A stretch of 64,000 nucleotides of DNA from Candidatus Latescibacterota bacterium (GCA_965207885.1 OZ242311.1:1792001-1856000), one strand, 5' to 3'. Counted from the first letter of the stretch, positions 1 to 9,593 are shown. Notes: a model not told the origin generated them from the letters alone. Program-made: numbers and translations.

Positions 1-2
1 TT

Positions 3-551
3 TATCGGTCAGAAATTCACATCACCGGTCCCTGGGAACTGCTTGAGGATATTTCCGCTTCAGAAGCCGCAGCTTATAAACAGGGGGATAAGATCGTTTT
101 GCAAGCCGAGACAGACCCCGGTATCCCCTTCCGCTTTGCGGTGACCTCCTACGATAGGCACGGACTGGAAAGCGGCATAACGGCCTATACGTTTTTCGCT
201 ACGGAAGCCCCCAAGGCACCTTCGGATGATATGACCCAGATCCGCGTGGTACCCAACCCCTTCCGGCAGCGAAGCGGATTGCTGGATGCATCTCAGAACA
301 ACCGCCTGGCTTTTGTGAATATCCCGGCCAAATGCACAATCCGGATTTACACGCTTGCGGGCGATTTAATAAAAATTATTGAACACGACGGTTTTGGCGA
401 AACCACCTGGGGCAGTCAGGCCGATGGCAATTATCTCCAAACGGACTTTTCCGAAAGCCCGGCCGCAGGACTTTACATCTATCACGTAACCTCTCACGTC
501 GCGGGACAAGAAGGCCAGTCTCACGTTGGGAAGTTCATGATCATTCGATAA
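3..551 (+). CDS. 5'-truncated secreted protein with T9SS-type C-terminal sorting (FlgD Ig-like) domain
   Basis: Frame is open from the window start (YRSEIHITGPW...). The C-terminus IRVVPNPF...CTIRIYTLAGDLIKII...GLYIYHV...GKFMIIR is a typical CTD; a PorV-family gene follows. Confidence 0.8.
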   Translation, partial: YRSEIHITGPWELLEDISASEAAAYKQGDKIVLQAETDPGIPFRFAVTSYDRHGLESGITAYTFFATEAPKAPSDDMTQIRVVPNPFRQRSGLLDASQNNRLAFVNIPAKCTIRIYTLAGDLIKIIEHDGFGETTWGSQADGNYLQTDFSESPAAGLYIYHVTSHVAGQEGQSHVGKFMIIR

Positions 552-563
552 GCGGAGGCTATA

Positions 564-1637
564 ATGAAACGTTGTACATTTAAGTGGACAATAATCCCAA
601 TCCTTTTGCTCGTGCTGGGATTTGCAAGTGAGGGGTTCGCGCAGCGGCGGTTCGAAGCGGAAGTGGGACCGGGCATTGAGGCCCTGCCCTATAGCCGCGT
701 GGGGCGATCGGGCTGGCAATTTGCCAAATTGCCCTCCTCGGCGCGCATGGCGAGTCTGGGAGGTATTGCAACGGTATTGAGCAAAGCGGATGCCAACGCC
801 GCATTGACCAATCCAGCTACAATCTCAGACGTAACAAATATCAGCCTTTCGGGCAGCAGCATGAACTGGATTGCCGACATTACCTATTATTCCGGTGCTG
901 TGGTCAAAAATTTTGACCAGTGGGGTGTTTTCGGCCTCAGTATCAGTACTCTCGATTACGGGGATATGGTACGCACGGAAAACCAGGAACTATTTGGTCC
1001 CGATGGCGAAACTCTGGGCCGCACCCAGCCCGTTATAGAAGGCCTGGGCACGTTTTCGGGCGGCGATCTCGCCGTGGGCTTCAACTACGGTCGGCGCATC
1101 ACAGACCGCTTGCAGATAGGCGGCACGGCAAAGTACTTCCAGGAAACCTTAGACGATGCCACCACCGGCAACTGGGCCATTGATATCGGCACGTACTATC
1201 ACACCGGAATCAAAAGCTTGCGGATTGCAATGCTCGGGCAGAATTTCGGTCCCGATACCGAGTTCACCAAATACGACGAACAGATTCAAATCCCACCATC
1301 ACAAGTGCGAATGCCCATGGTATTCAAACTCGGTGCGGCTTTTGATCTGGTCGAACAGTCAGAGGATCAGCCCCATCTCCTCACAGTGGCAACCGAATTT
1401 ACGCATCCCAATGACGGCGACGAAAAAATGCACATAGCCGCCGAATACGGATTGCGAAACCTGGCCTATATCCGCGGCGGGTACCGCTTCAACTACGACG
1501 AAGAGGGCCTCACCGCTGGCGGGGGCCTCAACCTGAAGCGCGATCAATACGGGATCAGCGTGGATTACGCCTATATCGAATTTGGCCGTCTGGGTTCAGT
1601 ACATGTCGTGACGGTCGGATTTGACTTTGGACAGTAA
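564..1637 (+). CDS. PorV/PorQ family outer-membrane beta-barrel protein
   Basis: Signal peptide; motifs F-x-K-L-P-S-S-A-R-x-x-x-L-G-G, NPA, DIGTYY, AEY and RGGY; terminal beta-strand; GGAGG RBS. Confidence 0.85.
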   Translation: MKRCTFKWTIIPILLLVLGFASEGFAQRRFEAEVGPGIEALPYSRVGRSGWQFAKLPSSARMASLGGIATVLSKADANAALTNPATISDVTNISLSGSSMNWIADITYYSGAVVKNFDQWGVFGLSISTLDYGDMVRTENQELFGPDGETLGRTQPVIEGLGTFSGGDLAVGFNYGRRITDRLQIGGTAKYFQETLDDATTGNWAIDIGTYYHTGIKSLRIAMLGQNFGPDTEFTKYDEQIQIPPSQVRMPMVFKLGAAFDLVEQSEDQPHLLTVATEFTHPNDGDEKMHIAAEYGLRNLAYIRGGYRFNYDEEGLTAGGGLNLKRDQYGISVDYAYIEFGRLGSVHVVTVGFDFGQ

Positions 1638-1662
1638 AGCCGCGTTTGCATCCGTCGTACAC

Positions 1663-1706
1663 AGGCGCCTGACGGAGTACCTTCATCCGTCGGCGCCTAT
1701 TTTTTT
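1663..1706 (+). terminator. Rho-independent terminator
   Basis: Stem AGGCGCC(T)GACGGA / TCCGTCGGCGCCT followed by a T-run, directly after the PorV-family gene. Confidence 0.8.
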
Positions 1707-1731
1707 ATGAAAAATACACGGGGGAAACGCA

Positions 1732-3102
1732 ATGAACAACGAACTGGACGAATACGGTGGATGGACGGGCATTCAGGGCGAAAAAACCGGCTTTTTTCAT
1801 TTGGAAGAAATCGATGGGCGAAACTGGTTTATAACACCTCAGGGCAACGTCTTTTTTCCCGTAGCACTCAGCCATCTGTTGTCGGGAGAAAGCGATGTGG
1901 CCTGCGAAAATGTTTACGGGGGCGACCGAGAAGCATGGGTACGCGGCTCCCTTGCCAATGCCCGTGCAATGGGCTTTAACTGCGCCCTGGGCGGAGCCAC
2001 AAGCCCGGAACGCAACCTGAATGGTTTTGTCGATATTGCAGAGTCAGAAGCAATATTTCGAGAGGAGCATTTCCCCTTTGCAGTAGGTGTAATCTTGCTA
2101 AAGCATCCCTGGGAATTTGTCGAAGGAGAAACACTCCCGGATATTTTTGATCCAGCATTTGAACAACTGATTGAATCCAGAGCCGAAGCGGCTTGTCCAG
2201 CCGCTGCAGATGACCCGCTCGTAATGGGATATTATTACGGCTTCGGCGCATTTAACCATTCAGAACACTGGGTGAACCACCATCTGTCCCTACCACCAGA
2301 CAGCCCCGGACGAAATGCCATCATCAACTTGCTCGCGCAACGGTATGACAACGATGTTCGGGTATTCAACCGGATATACGGCATTTCTTTGAGCCAGATT
2401 ACCGACTTGAAACAGACGGAAGTACTCGCCTATGAACAGGCCTTCGAAAGTCGCAATTATCCAGCAATACAAAAAACACTAAATCCACGGCAACTGGAGG
2501 ATTTCGAAGCCATCCTCTCCTATATGTGTGTCACACTCTACAAAATCGCCCATACCGCCATTCGACGATGGGACAGCAACCATCTCATCTTTGGCTCCTT
2601 TATCAAAGAATGGGCTTTGACCGGAGAATCTTGGAAAGCAGCGGCTCCCTACATCGACATGATCGCACCCCAACATGTTAACCGCACAATTTCAGTCAAC
2701 GAATTGGCCGATACCGCAAGATTGCCCATCCTCCTGTCAGATGACTATTTCGGATTCCACTACCCCGAAAGAAGTAGAGGTCACGCTGGTGTATCATCTC
2801 ACGACGCGCGCGGAGAAATATACCGCGCAAGCCTGATGAGACATTACAAAGACCCACAGGTTCTGGGCGTCACGTATTGCGCCTGTATGTATGATCAGGG
2901 CGGTGACACACTCGCAAAAAACAACCAGAATGGATATTATGACCTGCAGGGGAACCCGCGCGAAAATCTGATCCAGGCAGTAACCGACATCAACCGGGCT
3001 GTCTATACACACACCCCACACCCCGGTACAGCCGAGGAACTTCGCACATTGCAGCAGACACTTTTTCAAACCTGGGACAAATACCAGCGCGGGGACTGGT
3101 AG
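1732..3102 (+). CDS. Beta-agarase (GH50)-like TIM-barrel protein, atypical active site
   Basis: N-terminal TGFFHLEEIDGRNWFITPQGNVFF, PDIFDPAF, DDPLVMGYY, AIRRWDSNHLIFG and terminal NGYYDLQGNP match GH50-like proteins; no signal peptide. Confidence 0.65.
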   Translation: MNNELDEYGGWTGIQGEKTGFFHLEEIDGRNWFITPQGNVFFPVALSHLLSGESDVACENVYGGDREAWVRGSLANARAMGFNCALGGATSPERNLNGFVDIAESEAIFREEHFPFAVGVILLKHPWEFVEGETLPDIFDPAFEQLIESRAEAACPAAADDPLVMGYYYGFGAFNHSEHWVNHHLSLPPDSPGRNAIINLLAQRYDNDVRVFNRIYGISLSQITDLKQTEVLAYEQAFESRNYPAIQKTLNPRQLEDFEAILSYMCVTLYKIAHTAIRRWDSNHLIFGSFIKEWALTGESWKAAAPYIDMIAPQHVNRTISVNELADTARLPILLSDDYFGFHYPERSRGHAGVSSHDARGEIYRASLMRHYKDPQVLGVTYCACMYDQGGDTLAKNNQNGYYDLQGNPRENLIQAVTDINRAVYTHTPHPGTAEELRTLQQTLFQTWDKYQRGDW

Positions 3103-3245
3103 GGTCGTCCGCAGAACCTGCACAGAGAACAGAACATTCTGATACGCTCATTGGCATAAACGCCCACGCATTTCTGGCGGCGGTCCAGCAAGGATAGGGC
3201 CGCCTCTTTTGTGATATTGATCGGATTGAGATAAAGGGATTTATC

Positions 3246-5204
3246 GTGGCGATTTCCCAACGCACAATTGAGGCACCCGTTGCAGAACCCCAGGGCGTGA
3301 CGCTCAGGGCCTTTATTCTGGCGATGATCACAATTGCAGGGGTATGTATTTTTGCGACCTATTACGGGCGGAATTTGATGAAGAGTTTTTTGCCCGTAAC
3401 CGCATTGCTGCCCCTCGTGGTGTGGATCGGGATCAACACCGTGTTGAAACTGACAGCCCCCCGATTTGCACTATCGCGCAGCGAAGTAGTGACCATTTTT
3501 GGGATTGTATGGATGGTATCTACTGTGCCCGCGATCGGATGGGTGGGGTATTTAATCACGGATATTTCGGCGCCCGCGGCGTTTTCTTCACCCGAAAACC
3601 GGTTCTGGGAAGTAGCGGGACAGTACCTGCCCCGGTGGTTATTTATGGATCGGGGAAGCGAAGTGGTAGAGCGACTCTACGTGGGATTGGAACACAGGGA
3701 CGAGATTCCCTGGGCGCACTGGATCGTTCCGCTGTTCTGGTGGTTTGTGGGGAGTCTATCTCTGGTACTCGCCGGATTTTTTGCCAGCGTGCTATTCTAC
3801 AAACAGTGGCTCCTGCACGAGCGCCTGTCATTTCCCCTGGCTACAGTACCCCTGGCACTCCTGGAAGAATCCGAGGGAAGCCGGGTTCCCGACGTATTCA
3901 AAGACTGGGTTTTCTGGGCCGGGTTTGCGTGTACAGCCGGCGTGATTTTCTGGAATATCACCGGCTATTTTGTCCTGACATTGCCCCGCATCACGATCTA
4001 CGACCACTGGCTGACCACAGCGGTAGATACGGGACAGTATATTCCCACGATCTATTTGCGCATTCATCCGCTGATGATGGGACTGGCCTATTTGTGCCCG
4101 CTGAATATCTTGATGAGTTTCTGGTTTTTTTTCCTCGTCAATGCATTTAAGATGACAGTGATGAATCGCACGGGCTTTACCATCGGGTTGCAGGGCCAGA
4201 CAGCCACGCCCGAAGAAATTTTGATGCTGGAGGCACACGGGGCACTGGTTTTTCTGGTTATCTGGTCGGTATGGGTGGCTCGAGATCACCTGAAGGAGAC
4301 GCTGCACAAGGCTTTTGGAGACCTGCGCTCACAAGACGATGGGGTGCCCGTGTCCTATCGCACGGCCTGGCTGGGATTTTTAAGTACCACGATTTTTTTC
4401 ACCGGTTTTTTGCTCTCAATGGGCATCAGCCTGCCCTCGGCAATGGTGCAGATGGGCCTTCTATTCGTCATCTACCTCGGCGTAACCAAATTTGCGGCAG
4501 CCACGGGCTACGTGTTCCTCGCGCCCCAGGGAGAAAAAGGGTGGCAGATTATGAAGGCGCTCTACGGAACATTAAATATTTCGAGCCGGGATTTGACGGG
4601 TTTGATAGTGGTGAGCCGAAACGCGCTCGCCGGAGCACCAGCCCGCATGCTATCTGTGCCGGCAATTCCCCATTTTTTTAAGCTCCTGGGTAATGGGCTG
4701 CAGCGCTCATGGACCATCGTAGGCGTGTTGCCCGTTGCTCTTTTGGGGGCATTTACAGTGGCCTGTGCCGCACAACTCTATCTGTGTTACATGGAAGGCG
4801 GATTGAATCATGCCTATATGCCCGACTGGCGACACATGGTCAGACAAGTGTCGCTGATTGAAGGAACACAGCCAGCGTATTTCGATCTGGACAAAACCAT
4901 CGTGTGGTTTTTGGGTATTGCCGAGGCGGGATTATTGACGCTCTTGGGCATGCGGTACGCGGCCTGGCCGATTCACCCGTTCGGCCTGGCTTTCCCAGAC
5001 AGCCGATTTCGCTACGGATTTGGGATTTTCATCGTATGGCTGGCCAAGTCATTGACATTGCGCTTTGGCGGGGTGAGCCTCTACCGGCGATCGCTGCCAT
5101 TCTGGTACGGTATTGTGGTGGGATATCTGGTGGGAGTGGGAGCTTCGACAATAGTAGATGCGATCTGGTTTCCATTGAACCGACATTTCGTACACGGATG
5201 GTAA
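3246..5204 (+). CDS. Polytopic membrane protein, DUF6785/DUF6784-type putative transporter
   Basis: 652 aa with many TM segments; motifs SPENRFW, QWxxxERLSFPL, WPIHPFG, LRFGGxxLYR; GTG start. Confidence 0.75.
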   Translation: MAISQRTIEAPVAEPQGVTLRAFILAMITIAGVCIFATYYGRNLMKSFLPVTALLPLVVWIGINTVLKLTAPRFALSRSEVVTIFGIVWMVSTVPAIGWVGYLITDISAPAAFSSPENRFWEVAGQYLPRWLFMDRGSEVVERLYVGLEHRDEIPWAHWIVPLFWWFVGSLSLVLAGFFASVLFYKQWLLHERLSFPLATVPLALLEESEGSRVPDVFKDWVFWAGFACTAGVIFWNITGYFVLTLPRITIYDHWLTTAVDTGQYIPTIYLRIHPLMMGLAYLCPLNILMSFWFFFLVNAFKMTVMNRTGFTIGLQGQTATPEEILMLEAHGALVFLVIWSVWVARDHLKETLHKAFGDLRSQDDGVPVSYRTAWLGFLSTTIFFTGFLLSMGISLPSAMVQMGLLFVIYLGVTKFAAATGYVFLAPQGEKGWQIMKALYGTLNISSRDLTGLIVVSRNALAGAPARMLSVPAIPHFFKLLGNGLQRSWTIVGVLPVALLGAFTVACAAQLYLCYMEGGLNHAYMPDWRHMVRQVSLIEGTQPAYFDLDKTIVWFLGIAEAGLLTLLGMRYAAWPIHPFGLAFPDSRFRYGFGIFIVWLAKSLTLRFGGVSLYRRSLPFWYGIVVGYLVGVGASTIVDAIWFPLNRHFVHGW

Positions 5205-5220
5205 CGAGGAGGAGGCCCAA

Positions 5221-7212
5221 TTGTCACAAACGCCTGACCGCGTTGAAACTCCAAATACAGAAACCGAGAACCGGGTACGCAAAACAGCCGTATTGGCGAT
5301 GGTAGGTACGCTGGTATTTGCGTGTGCAATGTCAACCTATGTGGAACTGAGCACGCGATCCGGTCTCCTGGCAATGTCCAATTTGCCAATGACCGTATTA
5401 TTGCCCTTCGTATTCTGGCTCTTGGGCAACTCGATATTAAAGCGTTTTTGGCCCCGGTTATCATTGTCGGCAACAGAGATGCGGGTGCTATTTTGTTTCT
5501 TGTGGGTCGGCGGCTTGTTCGCCGGTTTTAACTGGGCAACGCAGTGGGCCGGCATGATGGCTGCACCGCGTTATTTTGCTTCGCCGGAGAACCGCTGGGA
5601 AGAACTGTACTTTGACGACTTGCCCAACTGGATGCTGCCATTAAACAGTCCGGGTGTGATCAATGGCTTCTATCAGGGGCTGTGGTCAGACGTACCCTGG
5701 GGCGCGTGGTTGGGACCAATATTCTGGGCGGGGTCCATCGCCCTGGCAATCACGGCCATTGGCCTGGGATTGACCGCATTATTTCAAAAACAATGGGCGC
5801 AACACGAACGCCTGGTCTATCCCCTCGCCGAAGTATCCCTGGAACTCACCGAAGGATTTGATCAAAAACCGGGTTGGCCTGCCTTTATGCAAAGCAAAGT
5901 ATTCTGGGCGGGATTTTTTATCGCAGCCATCCCCCTTTTGTGGAACGTCGGAGAATACTTCATCCCCGATTTTCCCCGCATTGCAATTTTTGACCCCATG
6001 TTTGGACGCGGTGGACGGCGCGGTGTCCAGTTGTCGCGATACCTCCCGACCTTCGCATTTTCTTATCGCATTTTGCCCACACTGATAGGCTTCACATTTT
6101 TATGCGACTTAAATATTTTATTTAGCATCTGGTCGATGTTTGTGCTGGGAACGGCGGCGCAGTACGGGATGAATCGCGTCGGATTTACAATCGGAATGGA
6201 AGGTCAGACAGCGGATGGCGGCGCCATTCTCAGTTTGTTTTCAAACGGCGCAATGGCCGGTCTGGCAATCTGGGGCCTGTGGGTGGCGCGGGGGCATTTG
6301 AAACAGGTCTGGCATCAGGTGCGAAAGCCCGTTGGGGGAACAGCATCTGAGACGGTGATCTTATCGCCGCGAGGGACGGTATTGGCACTGGGATGCGGGT
6401 TATTGTACATGGCATTCTGGTTACATCAGTCGGGAAATGGTCCGGTGACACTGGTGTTGTGGATGACGGCGTTCTGGATCGGAATTTTTGTTTCAATGAA
6501 GTTGCTGGCGGCTGTTGGTTTTGCGTATTTATTTCCCTTTTGGGCAGGTGGAACGACCATACTGGGCGATATGTTTGTGGGGACGAGAAATATGTCAACC
6601 GCTACGCTCGTCAGTACACATATGGTAAACCACAGATTGTTGGCAGGCTGGCGCGTGCCAACGGCACTGCCCAATATCGATCGGGTAATGGCGGGATCGA
6701 CAAAGACAAACCGATTGATCTGGATCGGTGTGCTCCTCGGCGTGATCATTGGCGCTTCTTATACGGTCTGGCTGTGTTATACCTGGGGCGGTGCCAGCTT
6801 TCATTCCTGGGCACTGGAGGGTTCTGCTCGGGAGCGATACAATATCATCGCCGGGGAAGTTGCCAATACGGATAGGACTGTTCCAGACCCCGAAAAAATC
6901 GGCGCATACTTATTGGGCATTGCGGGTGCATTGGTGTTCGCCGCACTTCAGGCACGCATTCCCTGGTGGCCTCTACATCCGATGGGATTGATGGTGATGT
7001 ATAGCTGGCAGATGCGCATTTATATTTTTAATATTTTCCTCGTCTGGTTGGCCAAGTTGTTGGTTTTGAAATTTGGAGGTATTCTGCTTTATCGACAGGT
7101 CAGACCGTGTTGTTATGGGTTAATCGTGGGATTTGTATTTGCGATAGGCATTGCATTCCTCGTAGATGTGATCTGGTTTCCGGATCAAGGGCACGGGATT
7201 CACGGGTGGTAA
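5221..7212 (+). CDS. Polytopic membrane protein, DUF6785/DUF6784-type putative transporter (paralog)
   Basis: FASPENRW, QWAQHERLVYPL, WWPLHPMG, LKFGGxxLYR; TTG start after GAGGAGGAGG. Confidence 0.75.
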   Translation: MSQTPDRVETPNTETENRVRKTAVLAMVGTLVFACAMSTYVELSTRSGLLAMSNLPMTVLLPFVFWLLGNSILKRFWPRLSLSATEMRVLFCFLWVGGLFAGFNWATQWAGMMAAPRYFASPENRWEELYFDDLPNWMLPLNSPGVINGFYQGLWSDVPWGAWLGPIFWAGSIALAITAIGLGLTALFQKQWAQHERLVYPLAEVSLELTEGFDQKPGWPAFMQSKVFWAGFFIAAIPLLWNVGEYFIPDFPRIAIFDPMFGRGGRRGVQLSRYLPTFAFSYRILPTLIGFTFLCDLNILFSIWSMFVLGTAAQYGMNRVGFTIGMEGQTADGGAILSLFSNGAMAGLAIWGLWVARGHLKQVWHQVRKPVGGTASETVILSPRGTVLALGCGLLYMAFWLHQSGNGPVTLVLWMTAFWIGIFVSMKLLAAVGFAYLFPFWAGGTTILGDMFVGTRNMSTATLVSTHMVNHRLLAGWRVPTALPNIDRVMAGSTKTNRLIWIGVLLGVIIGASYTVWLCYTWGGASFHSWALEGSARERYNIIAGEVANTDRTVPDPEKIGAYLLGIAGALVFAALQARIPWWPLHPMGLMVMYSWQMRIYIFNIFLVWLAKLLVLKFGGILLYRQVRPCCYGLIVGFVFAIGIAFLVDVIWFPDQGHGIHGW

Positions 7213-7310
7213 TACGAAACAAACAAAATCCGTTTGTTTATCAAGTATCTTTTGGGTATCATTGAAAGAGACCATATCGCCATAAGATAATTCTCAAGTA
7301 GAAAAGGAGA

Positions 7311-7544
7311 TTGACTGTGGGATTATTTGATCGCAAAAATCAGCACAAACAAACAGATAACACAGCATCCGTTGATCATAAAAATCTGTACCGACAACCA
7401 CAAATCTCTCCCCTTGCTTCATACACACCCGCAGTTTCAGGATTTATAGGTGGCCTGGTACTTGGCAGTCCCTTTGGGACAGTGGGAATTGCCATCGGAG
7501 GTGCTGTCGGTGTTTTCTGTGGATACAAGGTTGGAAACAGTTGA
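7311..7544 (+). CDS. Small glycine-zipper protein
   Basis: AAGGAG RBS plus TTG; C-terminal GFIGGLVLGSPFGTVGIAIGGAVGVFCGYKVG has repeated GxxxG. Confidence 0.6.
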   Translation: MTVGLFDRKNQHKQTDNTASVDHKNLYRQPQISPLASYTPAVSGFIGGLVLGSPFGTVGIAIGGAVGVFCGYKVGNS

Positions 7545-7635
7545 TAACTGCAAGATAGTTCTCAAATAAGAAAGCCAGCAAGAAAAACAGAACTTGCTGG
7601 CTTTATGTTATCCATTATCTCAGGAGAGAAAAACC

Positions 7636-7878
7636 ATGTATACGATCTTGCTGATCCTTGCTATAGGCGTTCTGTTTGCGTATCAAGTCGTGGGATACAT
7701 AAAATGGCGAAAAGGTCAAATGTCTTTGCGTCGTTTTATAGGTCCCCTTAGTGGTTTCATATTGCTACTTGTATCTTTTGCATTGCCCTTGCCTCCAAAA
7801 TGGACTCTGGGAATACTCATAGCAGCTACAATCATATTTGGAATAGCCTGTTTCAGAGACAAGCGCACTCAGGGCTAA
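7636..7878 (+). CDS. Small 3-TM membrane protein (80 aa)
   Basis: AGGAG RBS before ATG 7636; three hydrophobic segments separated by basic loops. Confidence 0.65.
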   Translation: MYTILLILAIGVLFAYQVVGYIKWRKGQMSLRRFIGPLSGFILLLVSFALPLPPKWTLGILIAATIIFGIACFRDKRTQG

Positions 7879-7893
7879 GCGGTCATTGCTGTG

Positions 7894-8220
7894 CTACAGC
7901 TTGATACAATCTAACCTCAACCGAAACCCCAAGGCAGAGATAATAGCCATCAGATTGTCGAGTTTCGGTTTGCTGCGACTCGAAAGCACGCGGTAGAGAT
8001 GTTCGCGGTTCAATCCGGCGCGTTCTGCCAATGCACCAACCCCACCTTGTGCCTGGGCGACGTCGCGCAAGGCCAATAACAGCCCAGAGGTCTCACCGCT
8101 TGCTTCACACTCATCCAGTGCGACTTCCAGATAAGCCCGAGCTTCTTCGGGATCTTCAAGTGCTTTTATCAGTCCTTCTTCGTAACTGACCGTGTGTTTC
8201 AAGACCTGTTTTTTAGTCAT
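7894..8220 (-). CDS. Addiction-module antidote protein (HI1420-like HTH antitoxin)
   Basis: LEDPEEARAYLEVAL...LLALRDVAQAQGGVGALAERAGLNREHLYRVLS...PKLDNLMAIISALG is the family signature. Confidence 0.9.
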   Translation of the reverse strand: MTKKQVLKHTVSYEEGLIKALEDPEEARAYLEVALDECEASGETSGLLLALRDVAQAQGGVGALAERAGLNREHLYRVLSSRSKPKLDNLMAIISALGFRLRLDCIKL

Positions 8221-8256
8221 TAAGTACCGTCCTGGGAAATATGTTCATATTCAGAA

Positions 8257-8274
8257 TGTAGCGTACACGCTACA
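8257..8274. promoter_or_regulatory. Palindromic operator, probably antitoxin autoregulation
   Basis: Perfect inverted repeat TGTAGCGT-AC-ACGCTACA about 37 nt upstream of the antitoxin start. Confidence 0.6.
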
Positions 8275-8349
8275 AAAAGCAAACGAAAAGTAGTATGGGT
8301 CTGAATGAATACAATCGGAACATCGCAAGTTCCGAAAAGGTGTGTGGAT

Positions 8350-8386
8350 AAAAAAAGAACGGGACTCAATAGTCTGAGCCCCGTTC
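8350..8386 (-). terminator. Rho-independent terminator of the ECF sigma gene
   Basis: Stem GAACGGGACTCA / TGAGCCCCGTTC with an A7 run on the + strand (T-run on the - strand). Confidence 0.75.
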
Positions 8387-8405
8387 ACTATGGATAGATC
8401 ATGTT

Positions 8406-9563
8406 TCAATGCAAAAGACGGAATCGGAGATCTCGAAAAGCCGTTTTGCTTTCCCACACATTCAGCGCAATCGGTCCCGATTGATAGCTAAAATCGGTCA
8501 CTTGATTGACCAACTTGCCATCAATATATGATGTAAGAGACGCGCCCCGGGCGGCGATTTGCACATCGTATTCCTGTCCGCGCTCAATGGGATAATTGAC
8601 CACACTGAGCTTTGTTAGCCCCTCGGGACTAACCTTACTAATGGCGACAGCCCGCCAGCCCAATAAGAAATCCAGCAAATACCAGCACCGTTCGTCTTCG
8701 GACATTCGGAAGAAAACTTGAGCATTGCCGCCTGAAATGGGCGTAATGAGAAGCGACAGTTCATAACTTCCCCAGGAAGAATCACCTATAATAAGCGGAG
8801 AATCGTTGTCACTTGAGGGGCCTGCTTCTCCGACGATACCATCGTCCGTACGTGTCCAAACGCGATGCAAAGACGCTTCGGTATGTCCCTTTGCAGGACG
8901 CCAATCCGTCAACCCATCGCCTTGGATCAATTTTTGCCAGTGGATAACCCCTCTCATTCCACCAATAACTCTGCGCCCGTAATCTTCCTGATTTTCATGA
9001 TCTACAAGTGTTCCATTTCCCATGACTAAAAGCCTCCTTTTCAGTTGTTTCCGCGATCTGTGTAACCTACTCTTGACAGTACCCACCGGAATACCGAGGA
9101 TACTGGCAATCTGACTCTGATGTAATCCGACCAGATAAAACAGCGTAGTAACCATCCGATCCGCCGGGGAAAGCAATTTGAAAGCCCGCTTCAGATCAGA
9201 TGCGTACTGTGACTCCACCACTTTCTCAGGATGCAAAAAATCGAGCTGTTGATATTCCTGCACCCTTGATAATCCCCGTGCCTCAAGGGTTCGCTTTCTC
9301 ACCCATTTGAGAGCCACGTTGCGCGCAATTGTATAAAGCCAGGATGAGAACTTGCCGACATCATCGAGTTGGCTGAGATTCCGATAGGCAAAAATAAATG
9401 TCTCTTGCGTGGCATCTTCGGTATCATCAGCATCTCGCAGCACAGTCCATATAACCCCAAACACCAGAGATCGGTGCTGGTTGATCAGATCGGCAAATGC
9501 TCTCTCATCTCCACCACAGGCTTTATTGATCAGGGTCTTGCCGCCCGGTAATGAATCATTCAT
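8406..9563 (-). CDS. ECF sigma factor fused to a C-terminal DUF1080 (3-keto-disaccharide hydrolase-like) domain
   Basis: Sigma2 (DDTEDATQETF, FSSWLYTIARN) and sigma4 HTH (IASILGIPVGTVKSRLHRSR); C-terminal WGSYELSL...NAQVFFR...YIDGKLV...GPIAL...FRDLR. Confidence 0.85.
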   Translation of the reverse strand: MNDSLPGGKTLINKACGGDERAFADLINQHRSLVFGVIWTVLRDADDTEDATQETFIFAYRNLSQLDDVGKFSSWLYTIARNVALKWVRKRTLEARGLSRVQEYQQLDFLHPEKVVESQYASDLKRAFKLLSPADRMVTTLFYLVGLHQSQIASILGIPVGTVKSRLHRSRKQLKRRLLVMGNGTLVDHENQEDYGRRVIGGMRGVIHWQKLIQGDGLTDWRPAKGHTEASLHRVWTRTDDGIVGEAGPSSDNDSPLIIGDSSWGSYELSLLITPISGGNAQVFFRMSEDERCWYLLDFLLGWRAVAISKVSPEGLTKLSVVNYPIERGQEYDVQIAARGASLTSYIDGKLVNQVTDFSYQSGPIALNVWESKTAFRDLRFRLLH

Positions 9564-9593
9564 CAGAGTACCCCAATTCGCGCGTTCATACTA

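Noticed and set aside
8251-8457. 68-aa ORF as the missing toxin
   Set aside because: No RelE/ParE features; it overlaps the sigma gene end, the terminator and the operator.
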